Positions 49,092 to 58,923 of a stretch of DNA of 64,000 nucleotides are shown one piece after another (positions within the stretch are counted from its first letter, which is position 1; each line of letters begins with the position of its first letter). Made by a program: the position numbers and the translations under genes. The stretch is from Desulfarculia bacterium (GTDB lineage Bacteria; Desulfobacterota; Desulfarculia; G963662305): positions 818,746 through 882,745 of the forward strand of contig OY759352.1 in the NCBI GenBank assembly GCA_963662305.1. The letters are read 5' to 3'. The notes under the pieces are model-generated. The model ran no database searches. It saw nothing but the letters and a program-made list of their open reading frames with translations, and had not been told where the DNA came from.

Positions 49092-49971
49092 TGTAAAAGG
49101 CGGAGAGAGAATGTACCAGTGGACGGCCGAAAAGGAGGCGAGAAGGCCGGTTGAAAAATGTACCACTGGCGCCCACTCCATAGTTCGAGTTGAATCGAGC
49201 GTTGGAGGGGTGGAGGATGTACGGCATGGAGATATACGGGAAGGTCCGCCGGGCCTGTATGGTGGAGGGGATGAGCCGCCGGGAGGCGGCGCGTAGATTC
49301 GGGATAGATCGCCGGACGGTATCCAAGATGCTGGAGCATTCGATTCCGCCGGGATATTGTCGAGAGAAGCCGGCCAGGCGGCCCAAAACGAGGCCATTCC
49401 TTGGGATAATCAAACAGATATTGGAATAAGACAAGGATCGCCCGAAGAAGCAGCGTCACACGGTGAAGCGGATCTTCGAGCGGTTACGGGACGAGTTCGG
49501 ATATACGGGCGGCTTGACAATGGTCAAGGATTACGTCCGCGAACTGCGCTTTTGATCCAAGGAGATGTTTGTGCCCTTGGATCATCCACCGGGCGATGCC
49601 CAGGTCGATTTTGGAGAGGCCCGGGTAATAATCGACGGCGTTTTACAAAAGGCCCATTATTTATGCCTCAGCCTGCCCCAGAGCGACGATATGTCCGTGA
49701 CCGCGTTTCCGGCCGAGAGGATCGAGGGTTTGTGCGAAGGGCACAATCTGGCCTTTGCCCATTTCAGTCGAGGAGTCAACCAGGGTCCGCTCAACCTCTC
49801 TGGTCCGATTCAAGGCATGCGACTACTCGGTCCCGTCTGTTTACGGCCACCAGGAAGTCCTGGTCAAGGGCTATGTCCACCAGGTGGTGATCGTCTGCCA
49901 AGGCAAGGAGATCGTCCGTTATCCCCGGTCTTACGAAAAAGAGGACCTGGTTTATAATCCCTTGCACTATA

Positions 49972-50126
49972 TAGAGCGGTTTCATAAATATGTTTCGAAA
50001 GAAGACCGCTCTAAGCGGACCGGACACGGGCCGCCGGTCGCTAAGCGACCGTAAGCCGGGCCAAAACCGCGCTTTTGGCCCGGCGGTCCCTCAAAAACAC
50101 GGAACGTGTTTTTGAGGCTTACTCTA
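49972..50126 (+). mobile_element. Multi-hairpin MITE inserted at a TA in istA
   Basis: Bounded by TAGAG..CTCTA; removal (153 bp) restores CAC TAT ATA AAG ATC (PLHY-I-KILERKP); four internal hairpins. Confidence 0.75.
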
Positions 50127-50518
50127 AAGATCCTGGAGCGTAAACCAAATGCCCTGGACCAGGCCGCGCCGCTCAAGGGCTGGGAGCCGCCTCAAGAGTT
50201 CAACCGCTTGCGCCGGCTCCTGGAACGGCGCTCGGGGAAAAAGGGAAAGCGGGAGTATATCCAGATCCTGAGGTTGCTGGAGATCTTTGACCAGGCCGAG
50301 GTCAGGGCCGGGATCAAAGCGGCCCTCGGCTTGGGTGCGGTCTCCTACGACGCGGTCAAGCATCTGGTCCTGTGCCGGATAGAAGATAAAACGCCCCGGC
50401 TGGACCTTCAAAACTACCCCCATCTGCCCAGGGCCAGGGTCGAGACCACCTCGGCCAAATCCTACACGGCTCTCATGCCCGGGGCGAGTTCATCAACAGG
50501 CGGGAGAATGTCCTGGCC

Positions 50519-50953
50519 GTGGGCAACTCCGGAACAGGCAAGACCCACCTGGCCTTGGCCCTGGGCCTCAGCGCCTGTCAGAACGGCTTTAAGGCCAAGT
50601 TCACCACCGCCGCCGCCCTGGTCAACGAGATGATCGAGGCCAGGGATGAAAAACGGCTCCTTAGGCTTCAAAAACAGATGGCCGGGGTTAATCTCCTGAT
50701 CATCGACGAGCTGGGCTTCGTGCCCTTCTCCAAGACCGGGGCTGAACTACTCTTTGAACTGATCCCGCAAAGATATGAACGCGGCTCGATCCTGATCACC
50801 ACAAACCTGCCCTTTGACCAGTGGCCCGACGTGTTCGGCTCTGAACGCCTCACCGGTGCTCTCCTGGACCGCCTCACCCATCATGTTCACATCCTAATGA
50901 ACGGCCACAGCTATCGCCTCAAGGAATCCAAACGGCTAACAGGCAATACCTGA
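50519..50953 (+). pseudogene. istB: IstB ATPase, N-terminally truncated
   Basis: Walker A GNSGTGKT, Walker B LIIDE; N-terminal part deleted and fused to istA end. Confidence 0.8.
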
Positions 50954-51562
50954 TGGACGCCTCTAACCTCATCAGGCGGCCTTAAGGCCCCCTGATGATC
51001 AACTACCCAACCGGTACACTTTTACTCCGCCCTTGACACAAATCAGCCCTGAAACTGAATAGTGTCCTGGAAAGACTTAACGAAGTGCCCAATTGAATCA
51101 ACAATGCTATTCAAGCATCACAGATGAGGCATTGAGGAGAGAATGTAGCTATTACAAATGCTGATTACTTAGTATTACATCCGCTATTCTTTTCTTTTTC
51201 GACAGTATTTAATTTACAGATAGGATAATTATTATTGAGTTTTCCAGCTCTTCATTTTTTTGTCTTACGCTCACATTCTCTGGTTTTTAAGATCAGCACA
51301 ATTATTGACTGCTGCAATATTCAGAATCCCCAAAATAGATCACTACTTTGGCATACAGTTGTATTGGCAGGTTTATTTTTGATCGGAACTGTGCACTAAT
51401 TTTTGCAACAAAGAGATTTTCAACCCTATAAAAGCTCTCGAAAAAAACCAAGAGTAACGCAGATACTTAAGTGTAGCCGACTATGTCATATTGGACAAAC
51501 CTTATTGGGTTTCAGGAGTATCTGTAAGCCACACCGACTGGGTGCGCTTGAATGGGGGGAAA

Positions 51563-54268
51563 TCATCCGTCCAGCACATCTCGTACAGTCTTCAGCATCT
51601 CGGCTTGGGTGAACGGTTTCGGCACAAATCCGGCCGCCCCCAAAGACTCTATATCCTTCGACTGACCTTCGCTCGAATAGCCGCTGGAGATAACCACCCT
51701 TGCCTTGGGATTAATTTTTAGCAATTCCTGGAGGCACTTGTTGCCGCCCATGCCCGGCATGCTGACGTCGAGGACGACGAGGTCTATACCTGCCGCTGTC
51801 TCCCGGTAAATCTCAAGAGCCTCTTCCCCGGTTCCGGCAAGAAGAATCAGGTAACCTTGGCGAGTCAGTATCTGTTTCCCCAGATCCCGGATGCTTTCCT
51901 CGTCATCAACCAGGAGGATGGTCTCCCGGCCGCCCGATATCTTCGTGTCCACCAACCTTTCGTAAATAACGGCTTCATCGGTTGCCTGGACGGCAGGTAG
52001 GTAAATCTTAAAAATGGTTCCCTGGCCTGTACCGCTTTCACAGGTGATGTGCCAACCGTGGCCGACAACTATTCCCTGGACCACCGAAAGGCCCAACCCG
52101 GTTCCTTCACCGACTTTTTTGGTGGTAAAGAAAGGGTCGAACATCTGTTTGATAGTGGCCTTATCCATGCCGATTCCACTGTCCGATATACTTACCAGGA
52201 TGTACTCTCCGGAAAAAATTTGGCCGCAGATTAAACACAACTCGCCTTCGGCCATCACGGATTCGGTTTTGATGCAAATCGATCCACCGGCGGGCATGGC
52301 TTGGTAGGCGTTGGAACACAAGTTCACCATAACTTGTTCAAGCTGATTGGGGTCAGCCTTGGTCATTTTTATCTCTTTGGACAAATTCAGACTGACCTCG
52401 ACCATTTTGGGCATGGTTTTTTCAATAAATCCCAGCGACCTGGTCACGACCTTATTGATATCTATCGGCTGTTGGACGGATTTGTGCTTATGGCTGAAGA
52501 TGAGTATTTGTTTTACCAGGTCCCGGGCGCGTTTGGCTGACTTGAGGATAATGTTTAATTGGTTGGTAGTTGGTTTCCCGGCCCTATTCCCATCCAGGGC
52601 CAGTTCGGTGTAGCCCATTATGGCCGTCAGAATATTGTTGAACTCGTGGGCCACGCCGCCGGCCAAGGTGCCGACGGAAGCCATCTTTTCGGACTGATGG
52701 AGCTGAGACTCCAAGCGTGCCTTTTCTTCCTCGGCCAGCTTGCGTTGGGTGATGTCCCGGGCGAAGAGAACGGCTTTGCCCTTCAGTTCCGAGGGCCTGG
52801 TCAGGCTGATCTCCAAGTCGACTATCGCCCCGTCCTTGCAACGCCAGCTTTTTTCAAATCGCTCGGTCCCGTTGGCGGCGATTTGCCAGAAACGTTCAAG
52901 GGCCTCCTCGGCCTCCTCTTCGACCAGGACATCCTCCAGCGACAGGGCCAACAATTCTTCCCGGCTGTAGCCGCTCTTCTGGCAGACGGCCTCGTTGACA
53001 TCAATGAACCGGCCGGCCGGGTCGAGGAGCATGAAACCGTCGCTGGTGGTGGCCAGGATGTTGTTCCTTTCGGCCAGGGCGATCCGCTCCGCCTCCCGGG
53101 CCTGCTGCTCGGCCAGGACCGGGGCCAGTTGATCGGTCAGCCTCTCCAGCATGGCCATCACCTCCGGCGTGAACCGATCCGGACGGGTGTCATTGAGCTG
53201 GAGCAGCCCCAAGGTGCGTCTCCAGGCCCTTAGGGGAATGAGGGCGACCGACTCGTAGCCCTCCCCGTGACAGCGATTCCTGGTTCGGGCCTGACGGTCG
53301 GCCTCTGTGGTAGAGGCCAATAAAGCGGTGGTGCTGTTGGTCCAGAAGCTTCCGTTTTGGGTGAAGAAGGGCAGGTCGGGGTCAAACCGGCCGGAGATGA
53401 CGTTACCGCACATGCATTCCAGCACCGGGTTCCCCAGGTCGTCCCTGATCGTCCGCCCCGACCCGTCGGTGGCGCAGAGATGATTCTCGGCCGCGACAAA
53501 GCCTTTTGGAAGGCCCTGGGTTTCGAAATAGGGGTAGTCATCGCCCTTCTTCAATCTCAGGCCGACCGCCTCGATATTCAGCCACTTCCGCAAATAGCTG
53601 GTCACCCGCCAAGCCGCGGTTTTGTCATCAATCGAGTTATTGACCAAACCGATTAACTCAAGGGTGTTTTCCCGCTCCTCTTCCAGTCTCTTGCGCGCGG
53701 TGATGTCGATCAGGGTCGAGCGGCAGCCGGTTATCCGCTCCGCTTCGTCCCTGATAGGCCGGCTGTCCAGGCGGACCCATTTCACCGGAAGGTCCTTTGG
53801 GGTGAATTTCAGTTCGCAGGGCTCGTCGGCGCCTTTCTCCAGGACCTGTTGCCTGTGCCTGACCAGACGCGACAGGTTTTCCGGATCGAGAAGGGGGGAC
53901 AGGCCGAATTTCAGGAGATACTGGCGTTCCTGTTCCAACATCATGGTCAGGGTAAGGTTGGCCTCGGTAACCTTGCCGTTTTGGTCGAAGATCAGGTAGC
54001 CCACCGGGGCGAATTCGAAGAGATCCTGGTATCGCTCACTAGTTCTGGCCAGGTCCTCCTGGGTGGCGATCAATTCCTCGTTCTGGAGCCTGAGCTCGAT
54101 CTGGTGAACCTCCAGCTCGTGGATAAGCTCCAGGACCCTGTCGTCTTCCGGCTGAACCGCTTCCCGGGGCCGGCGGCGCAGGATATCCTCGGCCAGGCCT
54201 CTCAGCTCGTCCAGCCGGCGGTCTGGCGGGTGGTCCCGGTCCAATTGGTTTTCCTTTTTTGGGGTCAC
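51563..54268 (-). CDS. Hybrid histidine kinase (coiled coil-PAS-Cys-rich GAF-PAS-HisKA-HATPase-REC)
   Basis: LIHELEVHQIELRLQNEEL N-term; GAF NHLC..ECMCGNV..RNRC; HEFNN H-box; FFTTK..GTGLGL; REC LDVSMP. Confidence 0.92.
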   Translation of the reverse strand: MTPKKENQLDRDHPPDRRLDELRGLAEDILRRRPREAVQPEDDRVLELIHELEVHQIELRLQNEELIATQEDLARTSERYQDLFEFAPVGYLIFDQNGKVTEANLTLTMMLEQERQYLLKFGLSPLLDPENLSRLVRHRQQVLEKGADEPCELKFTPKDLPVKWVRLDSRPIRDEAERITGCRSTLIDITARKRLEEERENTLELIGLVNNSIDDKTAAWRVTSYLRKWLNIEAVGLRLKKGDDYPYFETQGLPKGFVAAENHLCATDGSGRTIRDDLGNPVLECMCGNVISGRFDPDLPFFTQNGSFWTNSTTALLASTTEADRQARTRNRCHGEGYESVALIPLRAWRRTLGLLQLNDTRPDRFTPEVMAMLERLTDQLAPVLAEQQAREAERIALAERNNILATTSDGFMLLDPAGRFIDVNEAVCQKSGYSREELLALSLEDVLVEEEAEEALERFWQIAANGTERFEKSWRCKDGAIVDLEISLTRPSELKGKAVLFARDITQRKLAEEEKARLESQLHQSEKMASVGTLAGGVAHEFNNILTAIMGYTELALDGNRAGKPTTNQLNIILKSAKRARDLVKQILIFSHKHKSVQQPIDINKVVTRSLGFIEKTMPKMVEVSLNLSKEIKMTKADPNQLEQVMVNLCSNAYQAMPAGGSICIKTESVMAEGELCLICGQIFSGEYILVSISDSGIGMDKATIKQMFDPFFTTKKVGEGTGLGLSVVQGIVVGHGWHITCESGTGQGTIFKIYLPAVQATDEAVIYERLVDTKISGGRETILLVDDEESIRDLGKQILTRQGYLILLAGTGEEALEIYRETAAGIDLVVLDVSMPGMGGNKCLQELLKINPKARVVISSGYSSEGQSKDIESLGAAGFVPKPFTQAEMLKTVRDVLDG

Positions 54269-57200
54269 GCTCCACCGGGTCCTTCCCGCCCTGGTAGAGC
54301 CACCAAGGCGATAGTGATGCCCACCACATGGCCGGACGCATTGCGCAACGGCTCCACGGTCAAGTCGAAATGCCTTTGTTCGCCCTGGACGGTCAGGGTT
54401 GCTGCTCGCCTCTCACCGACCCCGGTGTCGATGACCCCGGCCTTGATTCTCTTCAGCTCGGCGGCCTCGTCGGGAGGGAACAGATCGGCGTCGGTCCGGC
54501 CGATGAGGGCCTTGTCGCTCCAGAGCGACGCCCCGTCAGGCGCCCAGGTGTAGCGCAGGTCCAGGTCCTGGTTAAAAACCATGGTCCGGGAGGCTGTCAG
54601 GGCCACCCGGAATCTCTCTTCGCTGACGATCAGCTTTTCCTGGGTTTTCTTCTGAGCGGTGATGTCGCTGAAAGTGAGCACCACCCCGTCGATGACGTTA
54701 TCCGTGGTCCGATAGGGCATGATCCTCATCTGGTACCAGTTGCCGTCCCTCGATCTGACCTCCGCCTTCCTGGTCGCCAGGGTTTGCAGAACGTTTTCCG
54801 CGTCCTTAATCAGCGCTCCGTATTCCAGGTTGTGGACGATGTGCTCCAAGGGCCGGCCGATATCCGTTTCGATCAGGTTGACGATGGCCGTTGCCTTGGG
54901 GGTGAAACGCCTGACGGACAGCTTCTGGTTCAGGAAAATGGTGGCTATCTCCGTGGCGTTGAGCAGGTTCCGCATGTCGTCGTGGACCAGGGTGAGTTCA
55001 TCGATCTTGGCCTGCAACTCGGCGTTGACCGTGACCAACTCCTCGTTGAGGGACTGCTGTTCCTCCTTGGACGACTCCAACTCCTCGTTGGTCGACTGGA
55101 GCTCCTCGTTGGTCGATTTAAGCTCCTCGTTGGCGCTCTCCATCGCCTCCACGGTGGCATGATGGACCTCGTGGCTGTACTGCAACTCCTTTTCCAGATC
55201 TTCCCGGCGTTGGCGGTCCCCATCATTGCCCTTTTTTCGTTTTTTGGTCTTGGTCGGGGTTGGCAGGACCGCCTTTTCCTCAAAGACCACCAGCAAAAGG
55301 CCCCCGCCCGCGTTCGGTTGAACGAGCGGCTCCACGGTCAGGTCGACCAGCCGGGAATCGCCGTTGGCTTTGACCGCCAGGTCCGGCCGACGGGCTTTTT
55401 CGCGGGTGGCCGCGGCCCGGCGGATGAGCGAGCTAAGCTCCCCCCGCAAGCCCTCCCGGGCCATGTCCAGAATATTGAAGTTGGCCGGCCCGGAGGCGGG
55501 CTCAAGGTAGTTGCCGGTGCGGCCCTGGATGAAACGGATGTTGCCCTGGTTGTCGATGACGACCCCGGCCGGGGTGTATTCGCGGAGCATTATTTGCTGG
55601 GTCACGGCGGCCAGGTCGGGGAGGGCGGGATGCGGGACCAGTCTGGATGTCGGATTGGTCACGGGCTGGGCTGTCCATGGCCCGGTGGGGAAATCGATCA
55701 CCGGCTGGGCCAAGGGAGACGGTTCCTTGCGGCGGAATATCTTGGCCTTGCCGTCGAGGGCTTCGAACAGGTCGCCGAATCGCCCGATGGATTCTGACGA
55801 GCCGATGACCAGGAGGCCAGCCGGCTTGAGGGTGTAGTGGAACAGCGGTATTACCTTTTTCTGGGCCGGGGTGTCGAGATAGATCAATAGGTTGCGGCAA
55901 CAGAGAAGGTCGAGTCTGGAGAACGGCGGGTCCTTGAGAATGTCCTGAACCGAAAAGACGATGTCGTCCCTTATCTCCTTCTTGACCCTGTAGGTGGAGT
56001 TTTCCTTGATGAAGTACCGCTGCAGCCGCTCCGGACTTATATCGGCGGCGACGCTGCCGGGGTAGATTCCGGCCCTGGCCTTTTCGATGGCGTAGGGATC
56101 TATATCGGTGGCAAAGACCTGCAGCCCGAGCTCCTGGCCGAACTGGGCCATGACCTCCCGCAAAACCATGGCCAGGCTGTAGGCCTCCTCCCCGGTGGAG
56201 CATCCGGGAACCCACACCCGCATCGTTTCGCCGGGGCCCAGCCCGGCCAGACTGCCCGGCAGGACCTTCTCTTGCAGGGAAACGAAGGACTTCGGGTCCC
56301 TGAAAAAGCCGGTCACCCCGATCAGGATTTCATGGAACAGGAGCTCCACCTCGGCCGGGTTCTCGGTAAGATAGCGAACGTAGGTCGAGATTTTATCGAT
56401 CTTGTTGACGCTCAGCCGCTTCTCGATGCGGCGGCGGATGGTGTTGGTTTTGTAAAGAGAGAAATCGTGGCCTGTCTGCCGGCGCAACTGCAGAAAAATC
56501 TTGGCCAGGGAGCCCTCGGTTTTTTCTTGGAGCACGGTTCTCTTTTTCCCTCGCGACATAGCTGGATGGCTGAAATATCCGGCCAGCCGGGCCGGCATCT
56601 GCTCGGGCGGCAGGGCCAGGTCCACCAAGCCGGTGGCCCGGGCGGCCTGGGGCATGCCGTCGTACTTGGCCGAGGCCTCGTCCTGGGCCATCACCAGCCC
56701 ACCCCGCCCCTTTATCTCCCTTATCCCCAGGGTGCCGTCGGAGCCGGTCCCGGACAGGATTATCCCGGTAGCCCTTTCGCCCAAGTCCTCGGCCAGGGAG
56801 CGGAAAAAGCTGTCTATGGGCAACCGGAGACCGCCGGTCGCCGCAGGCGCAAGCAGGTGGAACACGCCCTTGAACAGGGCCATGTCCCGGTCGGACGGGG
56901 AGACATAGACCGTGTTGGGGCGAAGCTTTGCCCCGTCCTCGGCCAGTTGGACCTTCATCCCGGTGTGCTTCTGAAGCAATCCGGGAAGGATAGTTTTTCG
57001 GGAGGGGTCGTGGTGGACCACGACGCAAAAAGCCATGCCGGTGTCGTCGGGCAAGGCGGTGAAGAACCTCTCCAGCGCCTCCAGGCCGCCCGCAGAAGCG
57101 CCCAGGCCGATAACGGGAAAGGTTGCCGCCGTATTCGATTCGGGGTTCAGGGACGGATCGGCGGCCGGGCCGTTCTTTTTCCTTCCGGAAGATGTCGTCC

Positions 57201-57303
57201 TCGTTTTCCGCTCACCAGCGGGATCAGGGGCGGTTTCTTGGCCAGCTCCGACCGAGACGGCTTTATGTTTGTTATCTCTGCTGTTAGGTGGCTTGACCGC
57301 CAT
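54265..57303 (-). CDS. CheB methylesterase-CheR methyltransferase fusion with PAS domains
   Basis: GASAGG, VVHH, ILSGTGSDG (CheB); VTGFFRD, WVPGCSTGEEAYS, ATDID, CRNLLIY (CheR); NEELQSTNEEL heptads; PAS. Confidence 0.92.
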   Translation of the reverse strand: MAVKPPNSRDNKHKAVSVGAGQETAPDPAGERKTRTTSSGRKKNGPAADPSLNPESNTAATFPVIGLGASAGGLEALERFFTALPDDTGMAFCVVVHHDPSRKTILPGLLQKHTGMKVQLAEDGAKLRPNTVYVSPSDRDMALFKGVFHLLAPAATGGLRLPIDSFFRSLAEDLGERATGIILSGTGSDGTLGIREIKGRGGLVMAQDEASAKYDGMPQAARATGLVDLALPPEQMPARLAGYFSHPAMSRGKKRTVLQEKTEGSLAKIFLQLRRQTGHDFSLYKTNTIRRRIEKRLSVNKIDKISTYVRYLTENPAEVELLFHEILIGVTGFFRDPKSFVSLQEKVLPGSLAGLGPGETMRVWVPGCSTGEEAYSLAMVLREVMAQFGQELGLQVFATDIDPYAIEKARAGIYPGSVAADISPERLQRYFIKENSTYRVKKEIRDDIVFSVQDILKDPPFSRLDLLCCRNLLIYLDTPAQKKVIPLFHYTLKPAGLLVIGSSESIGRFGDLFEALDGKAKIFRRKEPSPLAQPVIDFPTGPWTAQPVTNPTSRLVPHPALPDLAAVTQQIMLREYTPAGVVIDNQGNIRFIQGRTGNYLEPASGPANFNILDMAREGLRGELSSLIRRAAATREKARRPDLAVKANGDSRLVDLTVEPLVQPNAGGGLLLVVFEEKAVLPTPTKTKKRKKGNDGDRQRREDLEKELQYSHEVHHATVEAMESANEELKSTNEELQSTNEELESSKEEQQSLNEELVTVNAELQAKIDELTLVHDDMRNLLNATEIATIFLNQKLSVRRFTPKATAIVNLIETDIGRPLEHIVHNLEYGALIKDAENVLQTLATRKAEVRSRDGNWYQMRIMPYRTTDNVIDGVVLTFSDITAQKKTQEKLIVSEERFRVALTASRTMVFNQDLDLRYTWAPDGASLWSDKALIGRTDADLFPPDEAAELKRIKAGVIDTGVGERRAATLTVQGEQRHFDLTVEPLRNASGHVVGITIALVALPGREGPGGA

Positions 57304-57649
57304 GGGAAACCTCTTGGGGGATATAATTTTTAATATATCATGGGAATTGAGCGGCCGCCAGGGTCGCCGAGGCTCCTTCCAACCGGGCCGGAGGAACCGG
57401 CCGCCTTAAAACTTGGGTAGGATCTGCAAGTGTTGATGAACCATGGAATATGCGAGTAATGGTTATGCTAAGGAAGTTTCACTATCCAGATTCAATTCTT
57501 TGGAAACCTTATATTGGTAAGTTCACATGGTCATTGCCATAGAGATCGGCATTGTAACAGGCGATCTCGTTCACGGTTATATAGGCTCCTGGGTATTTGG
57601 GGGCATTCGGGAAGATTCCAAATCGAATCTAAATCAACAGTCAACATAC

Positions 57650-58923
57650 CAGTCCTGTCCGGCTAAGAGTCAAGAAAAAGGCCCGATTCATCCGGCATTC
57701 CGATATAATGGTGTTGCGCATAACTCACCGATCGGAAAGGACAAATCAGGCCATGGCTCATTGTAACACGATCCTCTCTCAGATGCTCAAGATTGTTCCG
57801 AGACATGTTTTCAGCACCCTGGACAAGGCCCACGGAACCGGTCGTGCAGCCCGCAAATTCAGCCGCTGGGATCAGTTCGTTCACCTCATGTCTATCCAAC
57901 TGACCGGCCGGGTATCGCTCCGTGACGGGGTCAGGTCCATGCGCTCCAGGAGCAATAATCTCTACCATTTAGGCACCCAACCGGTAGCCCGGTCCACCTT
58001 TGCCGAGGCCAACGAGAAACGGCCGGCTTCCTTCTTCGAGGCCTTGTTCGGACATGTCTACGGTCGTTGTCAACCCGTTGCTCCCAAGCACAAGTTCAGG
58101 TTCAAAAACAAGCTCTTTTCCTTGGACGCAACCACGATAAGCCTCTGTCTTAGCCTCTTCCCCTGGGCCAAGTTCAGAAAGACCAAGGCCGGTATTAAAA
58201 TCAACACCCTGCTGGACCATGACGGCTATCTGCCCGCTTTTGTTTCAATTTCCGAAGCCAAACGTCATGAGTCCAAGACCGCCAAAGCAATTCACCTTCC
58301 CAAGGGTTCGATCGTGGCCATGGATAAGGCCTACATCGCCTTTGCCTGGCTCTTTTCCCTGACCGGCCAAGGTGTCTTCTTTGTCACCAGGATGAAAAAA
58401 GGCGCCCGCTTAAAGGTCGTCAAGCGCAACAGAGTCAACCGCCGTTTGGACGTCACCTCCGCCCAGGTCATTTGGCTTACAGGGGCCAAATGGGCCGATT
58501 ACCCAGTGGCCTTGCGAAGAGTCGGCTACCGCGACAAGGAGGCCGGTAAGCATTACGTCTTTTTGACCAACAACTTCGATCTCTCGGCCAGGACCATCGC
58601 CGACATCTACAAGGAACGCTGGCAGATAGAGACCTTCTTCCGCTTCATCAAGCAGAACCTGAAGATCGAATCCTTTATCGGCAACTCCCCCAATGCCGTT
58701 CTTTCTCAGGTCTATGTGGCCTTGATTGCTTACCTTTTGCTCTGCTATCTCAAGTTCCTTTGTCGCCTCGGATTAAGCCTTCAGCAACTGGCTCAACTCC
58801 TTCAACTCAACCTCTTCAGACGCTGCACCATCCAGGAATTACTTCAACCGCCCGGCTTTAATAATCAATTAACCCATAATAACAATCAGTTAAATCTATG
58901 CTTCGCTTAGCCGGACAGAACTG
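57650..58923 (+). mobile_element. IS4-family element (1274 bp), apparently intact, no target duplication
   Basis: TIRs CAGTCCTGTCCGGCTAAG / CTTAGCCGGACAGAACTG (17/18 match). Confidence 0.88.
57753..58910 (+). CDS. IS4-family transposase
   Basis: SLDATTI, AMDKAY, FLTNN, YKERWQIETFFRFIKQNLKI (YREK motif). Confidence 0.9.
   Translation: MAHCNTILSQMLKIVPRHVFSTLDKAHGTGRAARKFSRWDQFVHLMSIQLTGRVSLRDGVRSMRSRSNNLYHLGTQPVARSTFAEANEKRPASFFEALFGHVYGRCQPVAPKHKFRFKNKLFSLDATTISLCLSLFPWAKFRKTKAGIKINTLLDHDGYLPAFVSISEAKRHESKTAKAIHLPKGSIVAMDKAYIAFAWLFSLTGQGVFFVTRMKKGARLKVVKRNRVNRRLDVTSAQVIWLTGAKWADYPVALRRVGYRDKEAGKHYVFLTNNFDLSARTIADIYKERWQIETFFRFIKQNLKIESFIGNSPNAVLSQVYVALIAYLLLCYLKFLCRLGLSLQQLAQLLQLNLFRRCTIQELLQPPGFNNQLTHNNNQLNLCFA

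Larger units (their letters stand above)
49092..51038 (+). mobile_element. IS21-family element, degraded (istA with stops/deletions, 5'-truncated istB)
   Basis: Ends TGTAAAAGGCGG..TGTACCA and GGTACACTTTTACTCCGCCCTTGACA; istA pieces (PGDAQVDFGE, YSVP, KPNALDQAAPL); istB GNSGTGKTHL, IIDELG, LLDRLTHH. Confidence 0.88.

Noticed and set aside
51039-51562. AT-rich stretch as hidden gene or ncRNA
   Set aside because: Only short ORFs without motifs and no clear structure; cannot support a call
55040-55135. Short tandem 21-bp repeats as CRISPR/VNTR
   Set aside because: They encode the NEEL heptads of the CheB/CheR coiled coil; no spacers or cas genes
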